This document shows, piece after piece, positions 40,611 through 49,723 of a stretch of 64,000 nucleotides of DNA. The stretch lies in NCBI GenBank assembly GCA_041690175.1, contig JAWLHV010000004.1, forward strand, positions 130,528-194,527, in the 5' to 3' direction. A program made the position numbers and the translations under genes. The notes beneath the pieces were generated by a model that ran no database searches, was not told the DNA's origin, and was given only the letters and a program-made list of their open reading frames with translations. This stretch comes from Dehalococcoidia bacterium. Its GTDB lineage: Bacteria; Chloroflexota; Dehalococcoidia; UBA2979. The first letter of the stretch is position 1. Every line of letters starts with the position of its first letter.

Positions 40611-41929
40611 GCGCCCTGGTGCCGGCAGCGATCGTTGCGCTCCTGATCGGGCTCAACGGCCTCTTCGTCGCCGCGGAGTTCGCCATCGTGGGCGCGCCAC
40701 GCGCCACGCTAGAGCGCCGGGCAGCGGAGGGGCATCGCGGGGCACGCCTGGTGACGGGCGTCCTCCGGGATCCGCGCTCGCAGGACCGGTACATCGCCAC
40801 TGCGCAACTCGGCATCACGTTCGCCACGCTGGGCCTCGGCATGTACGGCGAGCACCAGATGGCGCACTGGATCGCGGACCGCATTGACGCGTGGGAGGGC
40901 GTTCCCACCTGGCTCGCTGCCCACACGCTGTCCACCGTCCTGGCCATCACGGCCATGACCTACCTCCACGTGGTGCTGGGAGAGATGGTCCCGAAGTCCC
41001 TGGCCCTACAGCACGCGGAGGGCACGGCGCTGCGCGTCACCCCGCCCATGCTCTGGATACGCCGCCTCATGTACCCGCTGGTGCTGGGGCTGAACGCCGT
41101 GGGGAACGGGCTGCTTCGTCTGTTCGGGATCGACCGGTCGCAGGGGAGCCAGGAGCAGTTCTACTCGCCGGAGGAACTGGAACTCGTGGTGGAGGAGAGC
41201 CTGGAGGGCGGGCTCATCGAGCGCGGCTCCGGCCGCATCCTGCGCGAACTGTTCGACCTGGGCAGCCTGAGCGCGGAGGACGTCATGACGCCGCGCGTCC
41301 AGGTGGACGGGCTGCGCCTCGGCGCCGCCCCCGGCGAGGTGGCGGCCGTGGTAGCGGAGCACCTGCACACGCGCTACCCGGTCTACGGGGACGACCTGGA
41401 CGACATCCGCGGCGTGGTGCACGTGCGGGACCTGGCCACCTGTGTCAGCCGAGGCGTGCCCGTGACGGAGAATGTCATCCGCGCGGCGCCGTTCGTACCC
41501 GGGTCTACGCCGCTGTCCCACGTGGTCACGCGCATGCGCGACCAGTGGGTGCAGTTCGCGGTGGTCCTGGACGAGCACGGCGGCACCGCCGGCATCATCA
41601 CGCCGGACGACGTGAGCAACGAGATCCTGGGCCGCGTACCCGAGTCGGAGGCTCCCGCTGAGATGTTCCGGGATGCCGCGGGGACGCTGCATGTGGCGGG
41701 CACGGTGCGACTGGACGAACTGGGGGAGTACCTGGGGGTCTCGCTGGAGCACCCGGACGTGGACACCATCAGCGGCCTGGTGCTCGCGCTGCTGGAGCGC
41801 CCACCGCAGGTTGGCGACACCGTGGAGTTCGAGGAGATCCGGCTGCGCGTCACGCTCGTGGACGGCAGAGGCGTGGCGGAGGCGGTGGTCACCCGCTTGC
41901 CCGCCCCCGAGGGGAGCGAGGAGGTCTGA
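40607..41929 (+). CDS. HlyC/CorC-family transporter (second tandem paralog)
   Basis: GTG at 40607 overlapping the upstream stop (GTGA), 440 aa. Same DUF21 / CBS / CorC_HlyC architecture. Confidence 0.85.
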   Translation: MSALVPAAIVALLIGLNGLFVAAEFAIVGAPRATLERRAAEGHRGARLVTGVLRDPRSQDRYIATAQLGITFATLGLGMYGEHQMAHWIADRIDAWEGVPTWLAAHTLSTVLAITAMTYLHVVLGEMVPKSLALQHAEGTALRVTPPMLWIRRLMYPLVLGLNAVGNGLLRLFGIDRSQGSQEQFYSPEELELVVEESLEGGLIERGSGRILRELFDLGSLSAEDVMTPRVQVDGLRLGAAPGEVAAVVAEHLHTRYPVYGDDLDDIRGVVHVRDLATCVSRGVPVTENVIRAAPFVPGSTPLSHVVTRMRDQWVQFAVVLDEHGGTAGIITPDDVSNEILGRVPESEAPAEMFRDAAGTLHVAGTVRLDELGEYLGVSLEHPDVDTISGLVLALLERPPQVGDTVEFEEIRLRVTLVDGRGVAEAVVTRLPAPEGSEEV

Positions 41930-41937
41930 GGCGAGCC

Positions 41938-42552
41938 TCAGTCCCCCAGTTCCAGCGCGAGCCAGTCCGAGAGCCCGGCGATGAACGCATCCCGCCGCGC
42001 GCCCTGCGTCCCCACGAAGCCCTCGATGATCCGCTCCTTCAGGGGCTGCGGGTCCTCGTCCTCGGGGACGTGGAAGATCTCGATGGGGTCGCAGGCGATC
42101 CGCTGGTCCACGCCCGCCTCGAAGGACAGGTTGGCGGGCATCTCCAGCCGGCGGGCGCGGGAGGGCCAGGTGCAGTCCACGGTCATCCACTGGTCCCCGG
42201 TGGGGTCGTACTGCACGCGCAGGAAGGTGTGCACGTCCGGCACTGGCGCCAGTCGCACCTCGGTGGCCAGGTGGGGCGGCAGCCACTTCGAGTTCTCCGG
42301 CGTGAACTCGTGCGTGGCCAGGATGACCGTCGAGGGCATCCCCAGTTCCCGCAGCAGTTCGCGCAGGAGGTAGTGCTTCCCGGAGCAGGTGCCGCGCCAC
42401 TCGCCCAGGATCGTCTCGGGCTGGCGGTCGGTGGCGCGTCGGTAGGGCATGTCGCGCACCAGGCGGAATGCCACGGCCGGCGTGATCCGCTCGCCCGGGT
42501 CCAGCAGGCCGCGGCGGTCCGCCTCCTGCTGCAGCAGCGGCACCAGTGGCAT
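41938..42552 (-). CDS. transglutaminase-like superfamily protein (putative Cys protease fold)
   Basis: 204 aa. Core motif GTCSGKHYLLRELLRELGMP, then His (ATHEF) and Asp, matching the Cys-His-Asp order of transglutaminase-like domains. Confidence 0.45.
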   Translation of the reverse strand: MPLVPLLQQEADRRGLLDPGERITPAVAFRLVRDMPYRRATDRQPETILGEWRGTCSGKHYLLRELLRELGMPSTVILATHEFTPENSKWLPPHLATEVRLAPVPDVHTFLRVQYDPTGDQWMTVDCTWPSRARRLEMPANLSFEAGVDQRIACDPIEIFHVPEDEDPQPLKERIIEGFVGTQGARRDAFIAGLSDWLALELGD

Positions 42553-43100
42553 CAGCGTTCCCCTTCCGTCGCGCTTCCGGGCAGCGCCGCCTCCCGGGCC
42601 CCCAGCGCGAGGCGGACGGCGCGAAGTTCATCCGCACTCTCCAGCAGCGCCTCCGCCTCTTCCAGGGTCACCCACCGGGTCACCGCGACCTCCCACGAGG
42701 CCGGGGCCGCCGGCTCCTCCGTGGGCGCGTCCGTGGCCAGCCGGAATGCCAGGCTCAGCCCTCGAGGGCGGAAGCGCCCGTTCCAGTGCTCGAACGTGCA
42801 GAGGTAGCCCTCAAGCGTCACGGGGAGGGCCAGTTCCTCCTCCACCTCGCGCAGGAGTCCGTCCTCCGGCAGCTCGCCTCGGTGCAGCCACCCGCCGGGC
42901 AGCCCCCAGGGCGCCGAGGGCCGCGTGCGGTGGAAGGCGAGCAGCACGCGCCCGTCCCGCCCCACGATGACGCCGCAGGCTCCCACCGGCTGCCGCGTGG
43001 CCAGCAGCCCGGCCGCCACCTCCGCGAGGGCGCGCAGCAGAGGCACGCGTCGCGCCCAGCTGAGGAGCGGCGGGCGGTGGGGCCACAGGCGCCGCAGCAC
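42552..43100 (-). CDS. NUDIX hydrolase
   Basis: GTG start after GCGGAG, 182 aa. Nudix box GLPGGWLHRGELPEDGLLREVEEELAL. Confidence 0.85.
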   Translation of the reverse strand: MLRRLWPHRPPLLSWARRVPLLRALAEVAAGLLATRQPVGACGVIVGRDGRVLLAFHRTRPSAPWGLPGGWLHRGELPEDGLLREVEEELALPVTLEGYLCTFEHWNGRFRPRGLSLAFRLATDAPTEEPAAPASWEVAVTRWVTLEEAEALLESADELRAVRLALGAREAALPGSATEGER

Positions 43101-43112
43101 CAGATGCTCCGC

Positions 43113-43637
43113 CTACGGCCCGGCGAGGCGCATGTTGCCTCGGCCCTGGTCGGCGGCGACTTCGATGAGGCGGGCGACCTGCCCGAGGTGCTGCGCGTCG
43201 TGGTAGGCGGCGTGGTTCAGCACCTGGGCCACGTTGACCTCGCCCGCCACGGAGTGCGTACCCGTCCGCGCGAGGGCCGCCGCGTCCAGCGAGGCGTACC
43301 AGGGGACGTCCGCGTTGCGCTCGGAGGCCAGGATCTCCACCAGCGCGCCGGTGGGCTCGTCCATCAGGCCGGTGGCCACCAGCGACTCCCACTCGTCCAC
43401 GCTGGGGAGCAGCGGGCGGTCCTCCGCCACCATCTTCCGCACGCGCCCCACCTGCCGGCGGTGCGAGTCCACCAGGTGGACCACCACGGTGTGGACGCTC
43501 CATTCCCCCGCTCCGCTCTCGGGCGGCGGCGTGGCGCGAAGCACCTCATCCGGCAGCCGCGCCAATAGGCGCACCGCGTCCGGCGTCGCGGCGAGCGTGG
43601 GCAGGGTGACCGGCGTCAGAGTGGTGGCGATGTCCAT
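43113..43637 (-). CDS. DinB/YfiT-like (DinB_2) metal-dependent protein
   Basis: 174 aa. His-rich helices (VVHLVDSH; AAYHDAQHLGQ) typical of a DinB_2 four-helix bundle. Confidence 0.55.
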   Translation of the reverse strand: MDIATTLTPVTLPTLAATPDAVRLLARLPDEVLRATPPPESGAGEWSVHTVVVHLVDSHRRQVGRVRKMVAEDRPLLPSVDEWESLVATGLMDEPTGALVEILASERNADVPWYASLDAAALARTGTHSVAGEVNVAQVLNHAAYHDAQHLGQVARLIEVAADQGRGNMRLAGP

Positions 43638-43679
43638 GCGAGCCCCCTCAAGTCCCCCCCGCTGGTCCCCGGCGCCAGG

Positions 43680-43898
43680 TCACGGAGCGTAGTGGACGAC
43701 CGCCCAGCCGTGCGCGATGGCGTCGTGCGCCAGGGCCAGGACCTGGCTGCTGGTGGTCTCGTCCACGAAGAACTCGGTACACGCCTCGCAGATGTCGGCT
43801 GGGACGTCGCGGACCACCACCTGGGCGCCGTCCGCCTGGAAGCCCAGGTTCGTCACCCCGGTGCGCGTCTCTCCATTGCCGCAGGAGGTGCATCGCAT
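43680..43898 (-). CDS. YgiT/MqsA-type zinc-ribbon miniprotein
   Basis: 72 aa. CxxC...CxxC arrangement (CTSCG ... ICEACTEFFVDE) matching the YgiT finger consensus (vp..C..CGE.yv). No HTH domain is attached. Confidence 0.45.
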   Translation of the reverse strand: MRCTSCGNGETRTGVTNLGFQADGAQVVVRDVPADICEACTEFFVDETTSSQVLALAHDAIAHGWAVVHYAP

Positions 43899-43901
43899 GG
43901 C

Positions 43902-45065
43902 TTAGCGCTCCTCGATCCCAACGTAGGGCCTCGGTGGGGGGCCGGCGTAGAGGGTGAGGGGGCGGATCAGGATGTTGTGCTCCTGCTGCTCCACCACGCT
44001 CACGCACCAGCCGGGCGTGCGACCGACCGCGAAGATGGGGACGAAGAGGTCCTCCGGGATGCCGTGCAGGTAGTAGACCACGCCCGCGTAGAAGTCCACG
44101 TTTACGTTCACGCCCAGCCGCGCGTACGGCTTCATGGCGTCCACCACGGCTTCGAGGATCGCGTACCACTTCGGCTGGCCCATCTCCTCGGACAGGCGCT
44201 TCACGCCGGCGCGCATGTGGCGGGCGCGCGGGTCCTCCGTGCGGTACACGCGGTGGCCGAAGCCCATCACCGGTTGGCGTGCCTCGCGCACGCGCTTCAC
44301 GTAGGCGGCTGCGTTCTCCGGCTCGCCGATCTCCTGCGCCATGCGCATCACGTTTTCGGCCGCGCCGCCATGCGCGGGCCCGCTGAGGGCGGCCACCGCG
44401 GAGGTCACGGCCGCGTGCAGGTTGGCGTCCGTCCCCGCCACCACGCGCGCCGTGAAGGTGGAGGCGTTGGCGCCGTGTTCCGCGTGCAGGATCAGGTCCA
44501 GGTCCATCAGGCGCGCCGCGTCCTCCGAGGGCCGTTCGCCCGTCAGGAGCCACAGGAAGTTGGCGGCGTGGCCCAGGGTAGGGTCGGACTCCAGCGGCTC
44601 CATGCCGGAGCGGATGCGGTGGTGGGCGGCGACCAGCAGGGGCACCTGGCTGGTGAGACGGACCGACTTCCGCACCGTCGCCTCGCGAGAGTTGTCCGCC
44701 ACGTCCGGGTCGCTCGCCCCCAGTGCGGAGACGGCGGTGCGCAGCACCTCCATAGGGTGCGCGTCTCGGATGCTCCGGATCACCTCCAGCGCCGAGGGCG
44801 GCACGGAGCGCGCCGCCACGAGGTCGTCCGACCACTCCCGCAGTTGCGCCGCTGTGGGGAGTTCGCCGTGGAACAGGAGGTAGGAGGTCTCCTCGAAGGT
44901 GGAGTGCTCTGCCAGGTCATGGATGGAGTAGCCGCGGTAGCGGAGTTCGCCCGCGCGGCCGTCGATGTCGCAGACCGCGGAGCGGTCGAAGTAGACGCCC
45001 TGGAGGCCCCGGTGGATCTTCACGTCGTCCGCGGCCGGAGTCGTCGCGTTCGGCGTGTCAGCCAT
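43902..45065 (-). CDS. gltA: citrate synthase
   Basis: ATG at 45065 preceded by GAGGAGG, 387 aa. Catalytic His/Asp blocks (GFGHRVY; HGANAST). The 600-aa track ORF is over-extended. Confidence 0.9.
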   Translation of the reverse strand: MADTPNATTPAADDVKIHRGLQGVYFDRSAVCDIDGRAGELRYRGYSIHDLAEHSTFEETSYLLFHGELPTAAQLREWSDDLVAARSVPPSALEVIRSIRDAHPMEVLRTAVSALGASDPDVADNSREATVRKSVRLTSQVPLLVAAHHRIRSGMEPLESDPTLGHAANFLWLLTGERPSEDAARLMDLDLILHAEHGANASTFTARVVAGTDANLHAAVTSAVAALSGPAHGGAAENVMRMAQEIGEPENAAAYVKRVREARQPVMGFGHRVYRTEDPRARHMRAGVKRLSEEMGQPKWYAILEAVVDAMKPYARLGVNVNVDFYAGVVYYLHGIPEDLFVPIFAVGRTPGWCVSVVEQQEHNILIRPLTLYAGPPPRPYVGIEER

Positions 45066-45088
45066 CGGTGCCTCCTCGTGGGGTGTCG

Positions 45089-45868
45089 CTAGTTCGCCTC
45101 GACCGCTGCGGCCAGTCGGCTCCGTGCATTGTCCACGATGCTGCCAGCGTTTCGCTGCACCAGGTCCGAGTTCAATTCCATGAGCACCAGGCTGCTGACA
45201 GCGGGCCCCTCCGCCCACATGTGCAGTTCCAGGTGCAGCGCGATGGGGATGATCACCGCCAGCGCCTCCAGGTCCACCGCTATCCCCACGCCGCCCTCGG
45301 CCGTGTACTCCGGCTCGTGGACCTCCAGGCCCGAGAGGACGATGCCCTCCTCGCTCTCCAGGCTCTCGCGGAAGGCGTCCTCGAAGCAGGCGCGCATGCC
45401 GTCCGCGCTGAAGACCGCCTGCAGGCGGTTGAACGCCTCGTCGATCTCCACCTGCTCGTCCGGGACGAATACGTTGCTCACTACGTTGCGCACCACCAGC
45501 GACTCTCCACCGGTGGTAAAGGACCGCTCCAGGTCCGCCAGCGGCGGGACATCCTCCTGGTTCAGGTCCTCCAGGAGTGCCGCCACGGCCTGACAGGAGG
45601 GCGTGTTCGCGAACAGGTCGTCCGGGTCCTGCAGGGCCTCGGCGCCCGCGCCCTCCGACTCCTCCGCGTCGGCAAGCAGGTTGTCCGTCTCCTCGACGGC
45701 CCACGAGCCCGCCGGCAGGTCCTCCTGCATGAGGACGCCCGCCGCCACGATGGCCGCCGCCTGCTCCGGCGTCACCGGGTCGCTGCCTCCGCTACAGGCG
45801 AGGGCCAGTGCGGCCACGGCGCACGCCAGCGGTGTCACGGCGCGGCGGACGGCGAGCGAGTGGAGCAT
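45089..45868 (-). CDS. acidic lipoprotein, hypothetical
   Basis: ATG at 45868 after GGAAAGAGGG, 259 aa. Signal peptide with lipobox LALACSG. Asp/Glu-rich mature part. Confidence 0.5.
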   Translation of the reverse strand: MLHSLAVRRAVTPLACAVAALALACSGGSDPVTPEQAAAIVAAGVLMQEDLPAGSWAVEETDNLLADAEESEGAGAEALQDPDDLFANTPSCQAVAALLEDLNQEDVPPLADLERSFTTGGESLVVRNVVSNVFVPDEQVEIDEAFNRLQAVFSADGMRACFEDAFRESLESEEGIVLSGLEVHEPEYTAEGGVGIAVDLEALAVIIPIALHLELHMWAEGPAVSSLVLMELNSDLVQRNAGSIVDNARSRLAAAVEAN

Positions 45869-46017
45869 GGATGGCCCTCTTTCCGTGCCTGGAGGGTGCG
45901 TTACACCGACCGTAAGCGCACCCGGCACCGGGACGCCCTCGATCGTTACGCCGGTGTCACCCGCCGGCATCCCGGGAATCGACGCCGCAACGGGGATGCC
46001 CTCACCGTTCGAGGCAT

Positions 46018-46035
46018 CCGGCCCGTACGGGCCGG
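46018..46035. promoter_or_regulatory. perfect 18-bp palindrome immediately upstream of the desulforedoxin-like gene
   Basis: CCGGCCCGTACGGGCCGG equals its own reverse complement. It ends 5 nt before the AAGGAGG SD of the gene starting at 46053. Confidence 0.35.
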
Positions 46036-46052
46036 CGACGAAGGAGGCCAAA

Positions 46053-46241
46053 GTGTTCGAGGCAGGACAGGTCTACACGTGCAGCAACTGCGGCGCCGAG
46101 ATCCAGGTCACGCGCTCCGCCAACATGGAGCAGGGCGGGGACGAAAGCCCCGTCTGCTGCTGCGGCCAGGCGATGCAGCACGCCGGCGCCAGCGCCCAGG
46201 GCGCACAACCGCAGCGCCACGCCCAGGGGCCGACTGCGTAG
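46053..46241 (+). CDS. desulforedoxin-like / rubredoxin-like Cys4 metal-binding miniprotein
   Basis: GTG at 46053, 5 nt after AAGGAGG. 62 aa. The VYTCSNCG ... VCCCGQAM pattern parallels the desulforedoxin C-x2-C ... C-C site. It is not listed as a standalone entry in the ORF track (it is embedded in the 45603..46241 frame). Confidence 0.55.
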   Translation: MFEAGQVYTCSNCGAEIQVTRSANMEQGGDESPVCCCGQAMQHAGASAQGAQPQRHAQGPTA

Positions 46242-46260
46242 GCGGCCGCCTCGCCCGAAC

Positions 46261-48009
<1,749 letters not shown>

Positions 48010-48073
48010 GCGGTACCCCCATTCGGCTTCAAGCGACGGGAGTATAGCGCCGGGCCGGAGGGCTCCGATTGGG

Positions 48074-49618
48074 CTAGGGACGGAGGCGGTAGACGTGCCC
48101 ATCCAAGCGTGGATTCGCCTCGTCGGTGGTCACCTCCTGTGTGATGAGGAGCAGCGAGCCGTCGTCGGAGAGCACCGGGATGCCGCCGATGAGGGAGTGC
48201 GGCTCAGCCACTCTCAGCCTGGAGCCGTCGCGAGTGTCCAGGATCTCGGCCGGATGGATGACGGCACGATCCTGAGCCCCTTCCCCCGCAGCCATCACTT
48301 CCATGCATGCGGCGAGGAACAGACGTCCGTCGCGGAGGACGGTCCACGAGCCGGGGATGAGCCGCAGAATGCACCCCGGGCGAAGGCGCTGTTCCTCGAC
48401 CGCCCCCGAGGATGCGTCAACGAGGGCCATGCCCTCCGCCGCTCGGAGCGAAGGGAGTGCCGGCAGCGTCCACTCCTCTTCAGGGTTTCGAGCCTGGACG
48501 GCTTGCTGAAGCGCCTCACTGTACCCGCGCTTCGAGGACTCCTCGATGCCCCCGAGGACCGCGAACCGTCCGTCGCCGAGTCCCGCGACCGCGAGGTCGA
48601 CGCCCAGGCTGGCTGGCATGTCCAGCCAGTCACCCACGGCGTCGTCGGGTGAGATCACGAGCAGTCCCTGGGGGCCAACGAACGCCGCGTGGCCGTCGTC
48701 GGAGCGGGCGGCGCTGAAACTCCCGTCGTCTAGCACCTCGGAGGGCACCCGGACGAACGTCCGGAGGTTGACGGCTGTATCCGTACTCGGGTCATACCGG
48801 GAGATGACCAGTTGGCCGTCGTCGCTGCGCCCTGGAGCGTTTCGCTCCGAGAGCACCAGCGCCCCGCCACGACCGTCGCTCACCAGCGCGAGCACCCTAC
48901 TCCCGAGGTTGACCCGCGCGGCGGAGAACTCGCCCGTTGCGCTGTCAAAGATCTGCAGTACTGCACTGCTGGTGCTCTGCCCCAGGCCGGCCCCGCCACC
49001 GACGAGCGCGCGACCACCCTCAAGAGGAACGATTGCGTGGCCGACCCGCGGAAACAGCATGTCCCCGACGGGCTCCCACTCGTTTGCAGCGGGGTCGTAG
49101 AGCCAGGCCTCGCGGGAGTTGCCGAGGTCGTCAACCGCGAACTGGTAGCCACCGGTGGCAAGCACGCGTCCGGTGTCGAGCATCGTCGCCGCACCACCGT
49201 TAGGGTTCCATGGTGCCGCACCGAGGTCCTCCAGGGCGTCCGGCGCCACGAGGCGTCCCGGCTCCTCCTGGGCCGCGCCGCCGTTCCCCCACGCCACCAC
49301 CACGACCACCGCCACCACCACCACGGCCGCCACGGCCCCACCGCCGAGGAGCACCGGCAGCAGAGGAAGCGCGAACAGCGCTCGGAGGCGGGTGCGCCAG
49401 CCGTAGTGCTCGCGGTACCAGGCGCCCACGTCCTCGCGGCGTGCGAGGCCGAGGCGGCCGAGGAGTTCCGAGACGTGGTACTTCGCGCCGTCCAGCGAGA
49501 TGCCCAGGGCGTCCGCGATCTCGCGGTTGCTCTTGTCCTCCGCGATGAGCCGGGCCACCTCGCGCTGCCGGTCGGTGACGGGCTCGGTGCGATCGGTGCG
49601 GGCGGCGGGCGCGTCCAT
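48074..49618 (-). CDS. membrane-anchored LuxR/GerE-type HTH protein with Kelch-like beta-propeller ectodomain
   Basis: ATG at 49618. N-terminal GerE HTH (TDRQREVARLIAEDKSNREIADALGISLDGAKYHVSELLGRLGLARREDV). One TM (LFALPLLPVLLGGGAVAAVVVVAVVVVVAW). About 400-aa C-terminal domain with Kelch-like repeats (LYDPAANEWEPVGDM, GHAIVPLEGGRALVGGG). Confidence 0.7.
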   Translation of the reverse strand: MDAPAARTDRTEPVTDRQREVARLIAEDKSNREIADALGISLDGAKYHVSELLGRLGLARREDVGAWYREHYGWRTRLRALFALPLLPVLLGGGAVAAVVVVAVVVVVAWGNGGAAQEEPGRLVAPDALEDLGAAPWNPNGGAATMLDTGRVLATGGYQFAVDDLGNSREAWLYDPAANEWEPVGDMLFPRVGHAIVPLEGGRALVGGGAGLGQSTSSAVLQIFDSATGEFSAARVNLGSRVLALVSDGRGGALVLSERNAPGRSDDGQLVISRYDPSTDTAVNLRTFVRVPSEVLDDGSFSAARSDDGHAAFVGPQGLLVISPDDAVGDWLDMPASLGVDLAVAGLGDGRFAVLGGIEESSKRGYSEALQQAVQARNPEEEWTLPALPSLRAAEGMALVDASSGAVEEQRLRPGCILRLIPGSWTVLRDGRLFLAACMEVMAAGEGAQDRAVIHPAEILDTRDGSRLRVAEPHSLIGGIPVLSDDGSLLLITQEVTTDEANPRLDGHVYRLRP

Positions 49619-49668
49619 GGGCGCGAGCGTAGCCAGCGCCTCCGCGCGGTGCACTACCCGGCTTGTGA

Positions 49669-49722
49669 AACGGTGCGCGCCGAGCGCGAGCGCGCAACGG
49701 TGCGCGCCGAGCGCGAGCGCGC
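49669..49722. repeat. 27-bp perfect tandem direct repeat (x2) between the two LuxR-HTH membrane protein genes
   Basis: AACGGTGCGCGCCGAGCGCGAGCGCGC at 49669-49695 and again at 49696-49722. It starts about 50 nt upstream of the 48074..49618 gene start and ends 1 nt before the stop of the 49724..50917 gene. Confidence 0.9.
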
Positions 49723-49723
49723 G

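Noticed and set aside
43902-45704. 600-aa ORF
   Set aside because: The citrate synthase homology and SD place the start at 45065. The upstream part overlaps the lipoprotein gene.
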